Counted from the stretch's first letter, positions 1 to 11,988 are shown. The stretch: 64,000 nt of DNA from an uncultured Pelagibacteraceae bacterium (GCA_902634765.1 CACPLH010000001.1:44533-108532); one strand, 5' to 3'. The notes: a model not told the origin generated them from the letters alone. Program-made: numbers and translations.

Positions 1-1
1 T

Positions 2-1432
2 AAAGCTGCAAAGACTAGCTACGGGGAGGAAAATGAAGTAATCGCAGAAATAAATCCTGAAAATGGTGAAATACTTCTGTCCAGAAAATTATTAGTAGTA
101 AAAGATGTTAAAAACAAATTCCTTGAAATAGATTTAAAATCTGCAAAAAAAATAAATGCTGCTGCAGAAATAGACGATGAACTTTTAGATCCTCTGCCTC
201 CATTAGATTTTGGAAGAGTTGCTGCACAATCAGCTAAACAGGTTATTACTTCAAAAGTTAGAGAAGCTGAAAGAGAACGTCAATATAGTGAATATAAAGA
301 TAGAATTGGTGAAGTGGTTAATGGAATAGTTAAAAGGTCTGAGTTTGGCAATATAATTTTAGACTTAGGAAAAGCGGAAGGGGTTGTTAGAAAGGATCAG
401 ACTATCCCAAGAGAAAATCTTAGAAATGGAGATAGGGTAAAGGCTTATATATATGATGTAAGATCTGAGGTTAAAGGACCTCAAATATTTTTATCAAGGT
501 CACACCCTCAGTTTATGGCAAAGTTATTTACACAAGAAGTGCCAGAAATCTATGATGGAATAATAAACATTAAAAGTGTTGCGAGAGATGCTGGTAGCCG
601 TGCAAAAATTGCGGTTCATACTGAAGATGGAGCAATAGACCCTGTGGGTGCTTGTGTTGGAATGAGAGGAAGTAGAGTCCAAGCTGTTGTAAATGAACTA
701 CAAGGTGAAAAAATTGATATCATTAAATGGTCACCAGATATTGCTAATCTTGCAATATCTTCTCTTTCACCAGCTGAAGTTCTAAAAGTAGTGATGGACG
801 AAGATCAAAATAAAATTGAGGTTGTTGTTTCGGAAGCTCATTTAAGCTTAGCGATAGGTAGAAGAGGTCAGAATGTTAAGCTTGCAACTGAGTTAACTGG
901 TTGGGAGATTGATATTCTTACAGAAGACGAAGACTCTGCAAAAAGACAACAAGATTTTAATGAAAAAACAAAAAATTTTGTCGATCTTTTAGATGTTGAT
1001 GAGACATTGTCGCAGCTTTTAGTTAGCGAAGGGTTTAGTTCTGTAGAAGAAATAGTTGAAGCAGATAAGGATGAATTAATGTCAATTGAAGGCTTTGATG
1101 AGGACATAGTTTTGGAATTAATTGAAAGATCAGAAAAATCAATTGAAAGAGTTGAAAAAGAAAATATTGAAATCTTAAACAGTTTAAATGTTGACGAGTC
1201 TCTAATGAATTTTAACTTCTTAAATAAATCAATGCTTGTGAAGCTTGCACAGAATGAAATTAAAAACCTGGATGATTTTGCGGGGCTTACTACCGATGAT
1301 CTTTTGGGTTATTATGAAGATAGGCATGATAAGAATTCTAAAGTTCAAGGTATTCTTGAAGAATTTAACCTCACTAAAGATGAGGGTGATCAATTAATCT
1401 TAGAAGCTAGAAAAATATGGCTTGATAAATAA
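2..1432 (+). CDS. nusA: Transcription termination/antitermination factor NusA, 5' end outside the window
   Basis: Frame 2 is open from the window edge (KAAKTSYGEENEV...) and runs into track ORF 314..1432. It has S1/KH-type motifs (GMRGSRVQAV, LAIGRRGQNVKLA) and sits in conserved nusA-infB-rbfA-truB-rpsO-pnp order. Confidence 0.9.
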   Translation, partial: KAAKTSYGEENEVIAEINPENGEILLSRKLLVVKDVKNKFLEIDLKSAKKINAAAEIDDELLDPLPPLDFGRVAAQSAKQVITSKVREAERERQYSEYKDRIGEVVNGIVKRSEFGNIILDLGKAEGVVRKDQTIPRENLRNGDRVKAYIYDVRSEVKGPQIFLSRSHPQFMAKLFTQEVPEIYDGIINIKSVARDAGSRAKIAVHTEDGAIDPVGACVGMRGSRVQAVVNELQGEKIDIIKWSPDIANLAISSLSPAEVLKVVMDEDQNKIEVVVSEAHLSLAIGRRGQNVKLATELTGWEIDILTEDEDSAKRQQDFNEKTKNFVDLLDVDETLSQLLVSEGFSSVEEIVEADKDELMSIEGFDEDIVLELIERSEKSIERVEKENIEILNSLNVDESLMNFNFLNKSMLVKLAQNEIKNLDDFAGLTTDDLLGYYEDRHDKNSKVQGILEEFNLTKDEGDQLILEARKIWLDK

Positions 1433-1447
1433 TAGAGCGGTTAAAAA

Positions 1448-3856
1448 ATGTCGGACGCAAAAGATACCAAAAAGAAAAAAACATTAAGTTTAAAACTTGG
1501 AGCCAAACCATCAATTTCCCAATCCAATTCATTTGAAGCTGGCAAGACAGTAGTTGTTGCAAAAAAAAGGGTCAGAAAATCTGTTAATTTAGATAAACAA
1601 GTTAGTGCTTCTGCTAAGACTACGTCAGACAGTAGAGTAAAAAATATTGAGGCCGAGCCTCAGGCTACAAATCAAGAATCTAAGAAATCTAGAACAGTTT
1701 TAAAACCTTTATCCAAAGATCAACAAAAAGCTTTACTCAAAGCTAAGTCTGAAAAAGAACAAAATGATGCAATTAATAAAATACGAGGAACAGAAAAAAA
1801 TATTCAAGAAAAAAATGTTGAAGAAGAAAATAAAAATAGTTCTTTAGAAAACAATATAGATGAGCAAATAGAGCAAAAAGAATCATTTTCTAAAAAAAGT
1901 ACCAATTTCAAAAAAAATGAACCTGAAGAAGAAAAAAAATCTCCTCCACAATCATTTGGCAGGAAAAAATTTAGAGAGAGAAAAGTTACAATAGTTACGG
2001 CCTTATCAGGGTCAGATGAAAGAACGAGAAGTTTAGCAGCTTACAAAAGAGCAAAACAAAAACTCAAAAAAAATACAGATAAAGTAGAGCCACAAGCTAA
2101 AATAATTAGAGAAGTTAATATCCCTGAGCATATTACAGTAAAAGAGCTTGCTAATAGAATGAGTGAAAAATCGGGTGACGTAATTAAATCACTTATGAAA
2201 ATGGGAATGATGGCGACCATTAACGAAAGTTTAGATGCTGATACAGCCGAGTTATTAGTAACAGAGTTTGGTCATAAGTTTGTTCGTGAAAATATCGAAG
2301 ACGTTGAAAAAGATCTTATTGCTAGTGATCAACAGGCGGTGAAAGATAAAAATAGACCCCCTATTGTTACTATTATGGGGCATGTCGATCATGGAAAAAC
2401 TTCACTACTAGACTATATTCGAAAGTCAAATATAGTTTCAGGTGAAAGTGGTGGAATTACACAACACATCGGAGCTTATCAAGTTAATCACGATGATAAA
2501 AAAATTACATTCATTGATACACCAGGTCACGCTGCTTTTACGGAAATGCGTGCCAGAGGAGCAAATGTAACTGATATTGTTATTTTAATAGTTGCAGCAG
2601 ATGATGGAGTGATGCCACAAACAAAAGAAGCTATATCGCATGCTAAATCTGCAAATGTTCCAATTATTGTTGCCATTAATAAATGTGATAAACCTGAGTC
2701 AAATCCGCAAAAGATAAAGGAACAATTACTTTCTGAAGAAATTATAGTTGAAGAATTGTCTGGAGACATTCAGTGTATTGAAGTATCTGCTCAAAGTGGA
2801 CAGAATATAGACAAATTATTAGAGTCAATTTTACTTCAAGCTGAGCTTTCTGAGTTAAAAGCAAATGAAACCACTCATGCTGAGGGGGTGGTAATAGAAG
2901 CGAATGTTGATAAAGGAAGAGGACCTATTTGTAATATTGTATTAACAAACGGCCTTTTAAAAGTTGGACATAATGCTGTTGCCGGAAGCGAAATGGGCAA
3001 GGTTAGAGCAATTTTAAACGATAAAGGAGATCAGATTAAAGAGGCTTATCCTTCTATGCCAGTACAAGTTTTGGGCTTGGGTAGCGTACCTGAAGCAGGT
3101 GATGGATTTATTGTTGTTGATAATGAAGATAAGGCGAGAGAATTATGTGAATTAAGAAGTCAGATACAAAAAAATAAATCTCAAAATAAGAAAGTTAAGT
3201 TTGTTGAAAATGATTTTGCTTTTAGAGATAATTCTAGTTCAAAAGAGTTAGTCGAAGTTGTGCTGAAATCTGATACTAGAGGATCAACGGAAGCAATTGT
3301 TTCACAACTTGAAGATATTGTAAGCGAAAAAGTAGTGATTAAAGTAATTCATTCGGGTGTTGGTCTAATAAATGAAAGTGACGTTTCGCTCGCTATGGCT
3401 TCAAACGCATTACTTATATCTTTCAATACATCAGCTACTAAAGAAGCGAAAGAAAAAGCAAGGTCTAATAAATTGCATATTTCAAGTTTTCAAATTATTT
3501 ACGAATTAATTGAATATGTCTCTGATTTTGCTACAGGTAAGTTAAAGCCGAAATTTGAAGAAAATTATCTTGGAAGAGCAGAAATTTTAAAAGTATTTAA
3601 GGTTTCAAAAATAGGATCAATTGCAGGGTGTATTGTTTCAGATGGAGTAGTTGACAAAAAAGCTAAAGCAAAAGTTATAAGAAATAATGAAACTATTTAT
3701 AGTGGTGATATTGCAAGCCTTATGAGAGAAAAAAATGAAGCTAATGAAGTTAAAGCAGGTACTGAGTGTGGAATTGGTATCTTAGATTATCAAGACTACA
3801 AAGAAGGTGATATCATTGAAATTTTTAATATCACTGAAGTATCCCAAACACTGTGA
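1448..3856 (+). CDS. infB: Translation initiation factor IF-2
   Basis: GTPase motifs GHVDHGKT, DTPGH and NKCD. K/E-rich N-terminus. Follows nusA. Confidence 0.95.
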   Translation: MSDAKDTKKKKTLSLKLGAKPSISQSNSFEAGKTVVVAKKRVRKSVNLDKQVSASAKTTSDSRVKNIEAEPQATNQESKKSRTVLKPLSKDQQKALLKAKSEKEQNDAINKIRGTEKNIQEKNVEEENKNSSLENNIDEQIEQKESFSKKSTNFKKNEPEEEKKSPPQSFGRKKFRERKVTIVTALSGSDERTRSLAAYKRAKQKLKKNTDKVEPQAKIIREVNIPEHITVKELANRMSEKSGDVIKSLMKMGMMATINESLDADTAELLVTEFGHKFVRENIEDVEKDLIASDQQAVKDKNRPPIVTIMGHVDHGKTSLLDYIRKSNIVSGESGGITQHIGAYQVNHDDKKITFIDTPGHAAFTEMRARGANVTDIVILIVAADDGVMPQTKEAISHAKSANVPIIVAINKCDKPESNPQKIKEQLLSEEIIVEELSGDIQCIEVSAQSGQNIDKLLESILLQAELSELKANETTHAEGVVIEANVDKGRGPICNIVLTNGLLKVGHNAVAGSEMGKVRAILNDKGDQIKEAYPSMPVQVLGLGSVPEAGDGFIVVDNEDKARELCELRSQIQKNKSQNKKVKFVENDFAFRDNSSSKELVEVVLKSDTRGSTEAIVSQLEDIVSEKVVIKVIHSGVGLINESDVSLAMASNALLISFNTSATKEAKEKARSNKLHISSFQIIYELIEYVSDFATGKLKPKFEENYLGRAEILKVFKVSKIGSIAGCIVSDGVVDKKAKAKVIRNNETIYSGDIASLMREKNEANEVKAGTECGIGILDYQDYKEGDIIEIFNITEVSQTL

Positions 3857-4239
3857 TACTTAAAAAGCAAAAAAATAAATCAAATAGATCTCTCAAGGTT
3901 ATTGAAGTAATAAAGAAATCAATTAGTCAGATTTTACTGAAAAATGACTTGCCTCTTTACCCTAACTTTCAGTTTCCTATAAGTGTTGTATCTGTTGATT
4001 TAAGCAGTGATCTACGAATTGCATATATTTATGTTTCAACTCATGAAATTATTGATGATGAAGAGATTATTAATAGATTGGATTCATGCAAAAAATATAT
4101 ATCGTCTGAGATGAATTTATTAGTTGATTTGAAGTTTATGCCTAAATTAATTTTTAGAAATGATAAACAGATATTAAGTCATAAAAAAATAAATGAACTT
4201 CTTAATTCTAAGAAAGTTCAAGAAGATTTAAAGAAATAA
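3853..4239 (+). CDS. rbfA: Ribosome-binding factor A
   Basis: 128 aa with a GTGA start/stop overlap with infB. RbfA-like pattern (VSVDLSSDLRIAYIYVS) and conserved position. Confidence 0.8.
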   Translation: MILKKQKNKSNRSLKVIEVIKKSISQILLKNDLPLYPNFQFPISVVSVDLSSDLRIAYIYVSTHEIIDDEEIINRLDSCKKYISSEMNLLVDLKFMPKLIFRNDKQILSHKKINELLNSKKVQEDLKK

Positions 4240-4242
4240 TAA

Positions 4243-5157
4243 GTGAGTCTTGGATCTTTATCTAATGGCTGGATATTTATTGATAAACCAAAAGGAATAA
4301 CTTCTTTTGATGTCATAAGAAAAATTAGAAATCTTACCAAAATAAAAAAAATAGGACACTCTGGAACTCTTGACCCATTTGCAACGGGTGTTCTTGCATT
4401 AGCTTTTGGCGAAGCAACAAAAAGTATTCAATTTCTATCTTCAACTAAAGAGTATGATTTTGAGGTTACATTTGGAGAGACAAGAGATACAGATGATGTT
4501 ACTGGAAATGTTATTGAGAGTAAAGATGTATACCCTTCACTAGATTCTATTAATAGTTGCATTATGACATTTATTGGAACAATTGATCAAGTTCCACCTC
4601 ATTACTCGGCCGTGAAAGTAAATGGTCAAAGAGCCTATAAGCTTGCTAGAAAAGGTAAAACTTTTGAGTTAAGTTCAAAAAAAGTTGAAATATTTAAATT
4701 TCAATGTTTAGCAAAAACTGCTTATAACGTATATTCATTAAGAGTAAAATGCTCCTCAGGGACATACATTAGGTCATTAGCAAGAGATATCGCTGAAAAA
4801 TTAGGTTGTTTCGCTTATGTCTCCAGTCTGAGAAGAACGGGTATAGGAAAAATTAGTGAAAAAAATTTAATTTCACTAGATAAATTTGAAGAATTAGTAC
4901 ATATTGGCGATCATTTTGACTATGTGCATACTATTCAAGATGTACTGGACGACATCCCAGCAGTACTTCTAAATTATGAAAATGCGTGTAAATTTCAAAA
5001 TGGAATAAAATTGGACTTTGATATTGAAACCTTAGGTACTAAGAACGTTTTATTTATATCAGAAAATGGTCCATTGGGTGTTGGTAAAATTAATAATAAT
5101 AAAATAAGTCCAATAAGGATTTTTAATATATTAGGAAAAAGAGATGTCGATAGATAA
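4243..5157 (+). CDS. truB: tRNA pseudouridine-55 synthase
   Basis: GTG start. [14 protein letters not shown] catalytic Asp motif. Synteny. Confidence 0.9.
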   Translation: MSLGSLSNGWIFIDKPKGITSFDVIRKIRNLTKIKKIGHSGTLDPFATGVLALAFGEATKSIQFLSSTKEYDFEVTFGETRDTDDVTGNVIESKDVYPSLDSINSCIMTFIGTIDQVPPHYSAVKVNGQRAYKLARKGKTFELSSKKVEIFKFQCLAKTAYNVYSLRVKCSSGTYIRSLARDIAEKLGCFAYVSSLRRTGIGKISEKNLISLDKFEELVHIGDHFDYVHTIQDVLDDIPAVLLNYENACKFQNGIKLDFDIETLGTKNVLFISENGPLGVGKINNNKISPIRIFNILGKRDVDR

Positions 5158-5413
5158 AGAAAAAAAAATAGAACTTATAAGCGAATATTCTAGGTCAGGC
5201 AGTGACACTGGTTCACCAGAAGTACAAATAGCTATTCTTTCTGAAAGAATTTCTAGTTTAACCAATCATTTTCAAACTCATAAAAAAGATAATCATTCTA
5301 GAACAGGATTAATGAGACTTATTAATCAAAGAAGAAGTCTTTTAGCTTATTTGAAAAAAACTAATAAAGACTCGTATGATTCACTCATACAAAAATTAGG
5401 CATCCGAAAATAA
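5144..5413 (+). CDS. rpsO: 30S ribosomal protein S15
   Basis: 89 aa. GSPEVQIA and [12 protein letters not shown] motifs. Start lies 14 nt inside truB. Confidence 0.95.
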   Translation: MSIDKEKKIELISEYSRSGSDTGSPEVQIAILSERISSLTNHFQTHKKDNHSRTGLMRLINQRRSLLAYLKKTNKDSYDSLIQKLGIRK

Positions 5414-5442
5414 ATCAAAAATAAATTACAGAGAAGGTATAT

Positions 5443-7512
5443 ATGAACGAGGTAATCTCAAGAGAAATAAAGTGGGGCGATCAAGTATTATCAATTGAAA
5501 CTGGAAAGGTCGCAAAGCAAGCAACAGCTTCAACCATTGTTAGATATGGTGAAACAGTCGTAATGGCAAATGTTACTGCCGCTAAACAGGCAAAGCCAGA
5601 TATAGATTTTTTTCCACTTACAGTAAATTATCAAGAAAAATTTTATGCAGCAGGAAAAATTCCTGGTGGCTTTTTTAAGCGAGAGGGAAGACCAACAGAA
5701 TTTGAGACTTTAACTTCAAGGCTAATTGATAGACCTATAAGACCTCTTTTTCCTGAAGGCTTCAAAAATGAAACTCAAGTTATTCTTACAGTTCTATCTC
5801 ATGATGGTGAAACCAATCCAGATATTATTGCAATGATTGCTGCTTCTAGTGCTCTCACTTTGTCAGGTATCCCTTTTATGGGACCAATCGCAGGATGTAG
5901 AGTTGGATATGATGGAAAAGATTTTACTTTGAATCCAAAAATTAATGAAGATTCAGATCTTGATTTGGTTGTTGCCGGAACAAGTAATGCTGTTTTAATG
6001 GTAGAGTCTGAAGCAAATGAGCTTTCAGAAGAAATCATGCTTAATGCTGTTAGTTATGGACACGAAGAATCAAAAAAGGTTATAGATTTAATAATAAATC
6101 TTGCTGAAGAATGTGCAAATGACCCATGGGAATTCGAGTATCATGAAAATGAGACTTTGTTAGAAGCTATCAATTCAAATTTTAAAGACGATATTAAAAA
6201 TGCCTATTCTATTGTTGATAAGATGGATAGGCAGTCTGCTTTATCTGAAATTAAAGATAAGTTATTAGAACAATACTCTGAAGATGAGAATACTAGCTCT
6301 ACTGAAGCTCTTTCTTACTTTAAGAAAGTTGAAAAAGATATTGTAAGATCTCAAATACTTAGTGATAAAAAGAGAATTGATGGAAGGAATTTAGATGAGG
6401 TTAGGAATATTTCATCTGAAGTTTCTTGGCTTCCAAGAACTCACGGTTCCGCCCTATTTACTCGCGGTGAGACTCAAGCAATAGTAGTAACTACTCTTGG
6501 ATTTGGAGTTGATGAGCAACGGATTGAGGCATTACAAGGCTCTTACAAAGAAAACTTTATGCTTCATTATAATTTTCCTCCTTATTCAGTTGGAGAAGTT
6601 GGAAGAATTGGAGCAACAGGAAGAAGAGAAATTGGTCATGGCAAACTAGCCTGGAGAGCTTTAAAAGCTGTTTTACCAAGCAAAGAAGACTTTGATTATA
6701 CTATTAGATTAGTTTCAGACATCACAGAATCAAACGGGTCATCGTCTATGGCAACTGTTTGTGGCTCTTCACTTGCACTGATGGATGCTGGGGTTCCAAT
6801 AAAGAATTCTGTTTCTGGTATTGCAATGGGTTTAATTAAAGAAGGGGACAGTTTTGCAGTTTTATCCGATATTTTAGGTGACGAAGATCATTTAGGTGAC
6901 ATGGATTTTAAAGTTGCTGGAACAAAAGATGGAATCACTTCTCTGCAAATGGATATAAAGATTACTGGAATAACAACTAAAATCATGGATCAAGCTCTTA
7001 GCCAAGCAAAAAGTGGAAGACTTCATATCTTAGATGAAATGAATAAAGCCATTGATTCTCCTAGAAATGAATTAGGTCCGTACACCCCAAGAGTTGAAAT
7101 GATTAAGGTGAAGAGGGATAACATAGGAGAGATAATTGGAAAGGGTGGCGCCACAATTAAAGACATTATTGAACAATCGGGTGCAAGTGTTGATATAAGT
7201 GACAATGGTACAGTAAAAATTGCTGGAACTAGCAAGGAGTCAATACAAAAAGCTATCGATCTTATTAATTCTATAATCGAGGAGCCTGAAGTCGGGCAAG
7301 TATATGAAGGTAAAGTAGTTAAGATAATGGAATTTGGTGCTTTTGTTAATTTCTTTGGTAAAAAAGATGGATTAGTGCATATATCACAATTATCTGATGA
7401 AAGAGTTGAAAAAGTTACTGACGTTATTAACGAAGGTGATACAGTAAAAGTGAAAGTTATTGGTTTTGATAAAGGCAAAGTTAAGCTTTCAATAAAGGAT
7501 GTTGACGCTTAA
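5443..7512 (+). CDS. pnp: Polyribonucleotide nucleotidyltransferase (PNPase)
   Basis: 689 aa with two RNase PH-like halves plus KH ([11 protein letters not shown]) and S1 ([13 protein letters not shown]) domains. Confidence 0.95.
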   Translation: MNEVISREIKWGDQVLSIETGKVAKQATASTIVRYGETVVMANVTAAKQAKPDIDFFPLTVNYQEKFYAAGKIPGGFFKREGRPTEFETLTSRLIDRPIRPLFPEGFKNETQVILTVLSHDGETNPDIIAMIAASSALTLSGIPFMGPIAGCRVGYDGKDFTLNPKINEDSDLDLVVAGTSNAVLMVESEANELSEEIMLNAVSYGHEESKKVIDLIINLAEECANDPWEFEYHENETLLEAINSNFKDDIKNAYSIVDKMDRQSALSEIKDKLLEQYSEDENTSSTEALSYFKKVEKDIVRSQILSDKKRIDGRNLDEVRNISSEVSWLPRTHGSALFTRGETQAIVVTTLGFGVDEQRIEALQGSYKENFMLHYNFPPYSVGEVGRIGATGRREIGHGKLAWRALKAVLPSKEDFDYTIRLVSDITESNGSSSMATVCGSSLALMDAGVPIKNSVSGIAMGLIKEGDSFAVLSDILGDEDHLGDMDFKVAGTKDGITSLQMDIKITGITTKIMDQALSQAKSGRLHILDEMNKAIDSPRNELGPYTPRVEMIKVKRDNIGEIIGKGGATIKDIIEQSGASVDISDNGTVKIAGTSKESIQKAIDLINSIIEEPEVGQVYEGKVVKIMEFGAFVNFFGKKDGLVHISQLSDERVEKVTDVINEGDTVKVKVIGFDKGKVKLSIKDVDA

Positions 7513-7526
7513 CTAATAATTCTTAA

Positions 7527-8978
7527 ATGGCAAAAATAGACTTCCAAGAAGACAAACTACACGAAGAATGTGGTGTCTTTGGAATATTTGGAAGTCCTGA
7601 TGCAGCAACATTAACTACTCTAGGTTTACATGCTCTTCAACATCGCGGTCAAGAAGGCGCTGGGATTGTAACCTTTGATGGCGAATCTTTTCATGGAACA
7701 AGACGCCCAGGATTAGTCTCTGATTTTTTTACGCGTGAAAATGTAATAAAAAAACTTATGGGCAGTAATGCTATAGGCCACGTTCGATATTCTACCACTG
7801 GCGACTCAATCGTGAAAAATATACAACCTTTTTATGCTGATCTTTCATCAGGAGGTTTTGCATGTGCACATAATGGAAACCTTACAAATGCTTCAATGCT
7901 CAGAAAAAACTTAGTGAATGATGGAGCAATATTTCAATCTACTTCTGATACAGAAACTATTTTACAATTAGTAGCAAGGTCAAAGCGCGAATATATAACT
8001 GATAAATTAATTGATGCATTATTTCAAATTCAAGGTGCATACGCTTTGGTAATTTTAACAAATAAAAAACTTATAGGTGTTAGAGATCCATATGGAATAA
8101 GACCATTGGTCCTAGGAGATTTAAAAGGCGCTCCTGTACTTGCCTCTGAGACATGCGCATTAGACATTATCGGGGCAAAGTATGTAAGAGATGTTGAGAA
8201 TGGGGAAATAATTGTTATTACAGACAATAAAATTGAGAGCATTAAGCCGTTTCCTAATGTTAATGAGCGTCCATGTATTTTTGAAAGAATATATTTTTCA
8301 AGACCTGATAGTATTATTGATGGTCGATCAGTTTATTCATACCGAAAAAATTTAGGCTCTGAACTTGCAAAAGAGTATAAAATTGATGCTGACGTTGTTG
8401 TTCCAATTCCGGACTCAGGAGTTCCAGCTGCACTAGGATTTTCCCAAACTTCTGGTATCCCTTTTGAATTAGGTTTAATCAGAAACCATTATGTTGGAAG
8501 AACTTTTATTGAACCAACTCAAAGTATTCGCCAGTTTGGAGTGAAATTGAAGCATAGCGTTAATGTTTCATATATTAAAAATAAAAAAGTAATTTTGATT
8601 GATGACTCTATAGTTAGGGGAACGACAGCAAAAAAAATAGTGAAGATGGTTTATGATGCAGGAGCAAAAGAAGTTCATCTTGGAGTCTCTTGTCCACCAA
8701 TTACACATCCTGATTTTTATGGAATTGATACCCCTAATTATGATGAATTAATCGCTTCAAACAAAAATATAGATGAAATGTCATCCATTATTGGGACAAA
8801 ATCTCTATTTTTTTTAAGTTTGGACGGAACTTACCGAGCTATGGGTTGCGAAGAAAGAGATAGTTCATCTCCTCAATTTACAGATCACTGTTTTACAGGT
8901 GAGTATCCAACACCATTAATTGATATGGAACAAGGCAATGTTTCTAAACAGTACTCTCTTTTGACTGAAAAAAGTTAA
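7527..8978 (+). CDS. purF: Amidophosphoribosyltransferase
   Basis: N-terminal ECGVFGIFG Ntn-glutaminase start and a PRTase motif (VILIDDSIVRGTT). Confidence 0.95.
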   Translation: MAKIDFQEDKLHEECGVFGIFGSPDAATLTTLGLHALQHRGQEGAGIVTFDGESFHGTRRPGLVSDFFTRENVIKKLMGSNAIGHVRYSTTGDSIVKNIQPFYADLSSGGFACAHNGNLTNASMLRKNLVNDGAIFQSTSDTETILQLVARSKREYITDKLIDALFQIQGAYALVILTNKKLIGVRDPYGIRPLVLGDLKGAPVLASETCALDIIGAKYVRDVENGEIIVITDNKIESIKPFPNVNERPCIFERIYFSRPDSIIDGRSVYSYRKNLGSELAKEYKIDADVVVPIPDSGVPAALGFSQTSGIPFELGLIRNHYVGRTFIEPTQSIRQFGVKLKHSVNVSYIKNKKVILIDDSIVRGTTAKKIVKMVYDAGAKEVHLGVSCPPITHPDFYGIDTPNYDELIASNKNIDEMSSIIGTKSLFFLSLDGTYRAMGCEERDSSSPQFTDHCFTGEYPTPLIDMEQGNVSKQYSLLTEKS

Positions 8979-9754
8979 ATTTCTTTAGGCACACCTACTT
9001 TATTGTACCCACAATCAACATAATGAGTCTCCCCTGTCACCCCTGATGATAAATCACTAAGTAAATACAAACCAGAGTTTCCTACTTCGTCTAGAGTAAT
9101 GTTTCTTTTCATAAGTGAATTTTTTTCGGACCATTTCATCATATCTTTGCCCCCAGAGATACCTGCCATAGCAAGTGTTTTCATAACACCAGCAGACAAT
9201 GAATTAACTCTAATTCCATATTCACCCAAATCAGCAGCTAAATATCGAACACTAGATTCTAAAGCAGCTTTTGCTACTCCCATTACATTGTAATTGGGTA
9301 CAGCTCTTTGAGATCCGTCATAAGTTAGAGTAACCATTGATCCACCATTAGTCATAAGGGGATATACCTCTCTAGCTATTTCTGTGAAAGAAAAGCAAGA
9401 AATGAGCATTGTATTAGAAAAATTTTCTCTGGTTGAGTTGATATATTTCCCTTTTAATTCATTTTTATCTGAAAATGCAATTGAATGAAGAACAAAGTCA
9501 ATAGATTGCCATTTATCCTTGATTTGGGAAAATGTATTTTTAATTGAGTCACTATTTAAAACATCACATTCAATAAAAAAATTATTATTTATTGACTCAG
9601 CTAAAGGCTGTATCCGCCTTAGGAGAGTTTCTCCCTGATAGGTAAAACATAAATCTGCACCTTGTTCTGAAAGTTTTTTTGCAATACCCCAAGCAATAGA
9701 ATGATCATTTGCTACACCCATGACAATACCTCTTTTGCCTTCTAATAATCCCAT
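8975..9754 (-). CDS. fabI: Enoyl-ACP reductase (NADH), FabI type
   Basis: 259 aa SDR with GKRGIVMGVANDHSIAWGIA N-terminus. Last gene of the fabA-fabB-fabI string. Confidence 0.9.
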   Translation of the reverse strand: MGLLEGKRGIVMGVANDHSIAWGIAKKLSEQGADLCFTYQGETLLRRIQPLAESINNNFFIECDVLNSDSIKNTFSQIKDKWQSIDFVLHSIAFSDKNELKGKYINSTRENFSNTMLISCFSFTEIAREVYPLMTNGGSMVTLTYDGSQRAVPNYNVMGVAKAALESSVRYLAADLGEYGIRVNSLSAGVMKTLAMAGISGGKDMMKWSEKNSLMKRNITLDEVGNSGLYLLSDLSSGVTGETHYVDCGYNKVGVPKEI

Positions 9755-9755
9755 A

Positions 9756-10967
9756 TCAACTGTATCTCCTAAACACTAATGATGCATTTGTTCCACCAAA
9801 CCCAAAGCTATTACTCATAGCCGTATCAAAAGCTCCCTCTTTGATAGATGTTAAAATATTTAAATTCTTAGCAGCTTCATCAATATTCTTAATATGTGCA
9901 GACTCACTCATAAAATTATTATTAAGCATTAATAGAGAATATATAGCTTCTTGTACACCTGCTGCACCAAGTGAATGACCTGTAAGAGATTTTGTCGAGC
10001 TGATAAAAGGAGTTTCTTCCCCAAATACTTTTTTGACAGCACCAAGCTCTGCGTTATCACCCACAGGAGTTGAAGTACCATGGGCATTTATGTAATCAAC
10101 TTTTTCATCTAAATTTTTGATTGCCATTTTCATACATCTTTCAGCACCTTCACCCGAAGGCTGAACCATATCGTAACCATCTGAAGTTGCTCCATATCCA
10201 ACTAATTCAGCATAAATTTTTGCACCTCTTGATTTTGCGTGTTCAAGTTCTTCTAAAACCAGCACACCGCCACCACCAGCAATTACAAACCCATCTCTAG
10301 AAGAGTCAAATGCTCTTGATGCAGTCTCTGGAGTATCATTATATTTTGAAGATAGAGCAGTCATAGCATCAAACAAGGCAGACAATGACCAGTCTAATTC
10401 TTCTCCGCCACCAGCAAAGACAATATCCTGTTTACCCATTTGAATAAGCTCTGCTCCATGACCTATGCAATGAGCACTTGTTGCGCAAGCTGAGCTTATA
10501 GAATAGTTCATTCCCTTAATTTTAAAGAATGTAGATAATGTTGCAGAGTTTGTACTACACATTACCTTTGGCACACTCGTCGGACCAATTTTTTTTGGAC
10601 CAGTATCTCTTGTAATATCAAAAGCTCTCAATAAATTTTTAGTTGATGGTCCACCTGATCCCATAATAAGGCCTGTCATAGGATTAGAAATAAGATTTTC
10701 ATCTAATCCTGAGTCCTTAAGTGCCTCAAGCATTGCTAAATAATTATAACTGGCACCATCACCCATGAATCTTAAAAATTTTCTATCAATCGACTCTTGA
10801 AGATTTATCTTAATTTGTCCACTTACATGACTGCGAAAATTCATATCTTTATGAGATTGATCGAAAGATATCCCAGACTTTGCTCCTCTGAGTGAGTCTG
10901 TAACCTCAATAGCATTATTACCAATTGGGGAAATTATTCCTATGCCAGTAACTACAACTTTTCTCAT
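9756..10967 (-). CDS. fabB: 3-oxoacyl-ACP synthase I
   Basis: 403 aa KAS with active-site context SSACATS, HGTSTP and GHSLGAAG. Immediately downstream of fabA. Confidence 0.9.
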   Translation of the reverse strand: MRKVVVTGIGIISPIGNNAIEVTDSLRGAKSGISFDQSHKDMNFRSHVSGQIKINLQESIDRKFLRFMGDGASYNYLAMLEALKDSGLDENLISNPMTGLIMGSGGPSTKNLLRAFDITRDTGPKKIGPTSVPKVMCSTNSATLSTFFKIKGMNYSISSACATSAHCIGHGAELIQMGKQDIVFAGGGEELDWSLSALFDAMTALSSKYNDTPETASRAFDSSRDGFVIAGGGGVLVLEELEHAKSRGAKIYAELVGYGATSDGYDMVQPSGEGAERCMKMAIKNLDEKVDYINAHGTSTPVGDNAELGAVKKVFGEETPFISSTKSLTGHSLGAAGVQEAIYSLLMLNNNFMSESAHIKNIDEAAKNLNILTSIKEGAFDTAMSNSFGFGGTNASLVFRRYS

Positions 10968-10968
10968 T

Positions 10969-11469
10969 TTATTTTATTAATCCTACCTTCAATCCTTCTG
11001 CTGTATATATTTTTTTTCCATCAACAGTAACTGTGCCGTCGCCAACTCCTACAACCACCCCTCTTTTAATAACTTTTTTCATATTAATATGATAAGTGAC
11101 CAATTTAGAGTCTTGCAAAATTTCTCCAGCAAATTTGACGTTTCCAGAACCCAAAGCACGACCTCTACCAGGCTCTCCAATCCAACCAAGATAAAAGCCT
11201 ACCAATTGCCACATAGCATCAAGTCCAAGGCACCCAGGCATTACTGGATCCATTTCAAAGTGACAGTCAAAAAACCAAAGAGATGGATCAATATCAAACT
11301 CAGCGATTATCTCTCCTTTGTCAAATGAACCCCCATGATCAGTTATTTTTGTAATTCGATCAAACATAAGCATTGGAGGTAAGGGTAGCCTTGCATTTCC
11401 GATACCAAACATTTTTCCATGACCACATTCTAGTAATTCTTCATTTGTGAAGCTTGATTTTTTGTCCAT
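10969..11469 (-). CDS. fabA: 3-hydroxydecanoyl-ACP dehydratase/isomerase
   Basis: 166 aa hot-dog fold with [24 protein letters not shown] motif. Confidence 0.9.
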   Translation of the reverse strand: MDKKSSFTNEELLECGHGKMFGIGNARLPLPPMLMFDRITKITDHGGSFDKGEIIAEFDIDPSLWFFDCHFEMDPVMPGCLGLDAMWQLVGFYLGWIGEPGRGRALGSGNVKFAGEILQDSKLVTYHINMKKVIKRGVVVGVGDGTVTVDGKKIYTAEGLKVGLIK

Positions 11470-11562
11470 ATGAAATATTTATCTCATTGTTTTAGTTAGA
11501 TATCTTAGTAGATTAAGGTATTATTATTGTAAAATATATATTTATTTATTAAACAAATCATT

Positions 11563-11961
11563 ATGAACTCAATTAAAGACATCTTAAGAAATAGTTCTTT
11601 AAGACCTACAAAGCAAAGAATTATGATAGGTAAATTGTTATTTAATGATGTTGATAAGCACGTGACAGCTGAGTCTCTATATCGTGAGCTTAAGGCCTCT
11701 GAACAAAAAATATCTTTAGCGACTGTTTATAATACTTTGCATGATTTTTGTGAAAAAAAACTGTTAAAGAAAGTTAATGTAGATGCCGAAAAGGTTTATT
11801 TTGATACAAATACTAATCCCCATCATCATTTTTATTACGATAGTGAAAAATTATTAATTGATATTTCGAAAGACAAAATAAAAATTCAGGGACTGCCTAA
11901 GGCTCCTAAAGGTAAAAAAATCAAAGATGTAGAGTTAATCGCTCATCTAACAGATAACTAA
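11563..11961 (+). CDS. irr: Fur-family iron response regulator, Irr type
   Basis: 132 aa Fur-family winged helix (LRPTKQR, SLATVYNTL). It has the HHH motif (NPHHHFYYD) typical of Irr and no C-terminal CxxC pairs. Divergent from fabA, as in Rhizobiales. Confidence 0.75.
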   Translation: MNSIKDILRNSSLRPTKQRIMIGKLLFNDVDKHVTAESLYRELKASEQKISLATVYNTLHDFCEKKLLKKVNVDAEKVYFDTNTNPHHHFYYDSEKLLIDISKDKIKIQGLPKAPKGKKIKDVELIAHLTDN

Positions 11962-11964
11962 GTT

Positions 11965-11983
11965 ATTGATAATAGTTATCAAT
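11965..11983. promoter_or_regulatory. Perfect 8-3-8 palindrome ATTGATAA-TAG-TTATCAAT, Fur-box-like
   Basis: Read directly from the sequence. GATAA/TTATC arms resemble Fur-type operators. Lies 4 nt after the irr stop and 5 nt before the ICE-like site. Confidence 0.4.
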
Positions 11984-11988
11984 CTCAG

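Noticed and set aside
1448-2300. Lys/Glu-rich low-complexity stretch with poly-A runs at the 5' end of infB, which might be taken for a repeat or frameshift-prone region.
   Set aside because: This is the normal variable N-terminal region of IF-2. The frame is intact throughout.
5144-5157. Missing S15 autoregulatory leader, because rpsO starts inside truB.
   Set aside because: This is a consequence of compaction. No structure is visible in the overlapping coding sequence, and there is nothing positive to report.
7023-7478. 151-aa minus-strand ORF inside pnp. Similar antisense ORFs occur at 868-1107, 2527-2769, 5799-6038, 8030-8242, 24824-25168, 26061-26360, 44629-44916, 47300-47602, 61316-61657 and 63145-63348.
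   Set aside because: Each lies wholly inside a strongly supported gene on the opposite strand. They have Ser/Leu/Ile-rich low-complexity translations typical of antisense frames in AT-rich DNA, and no RBS or recognisable motif.
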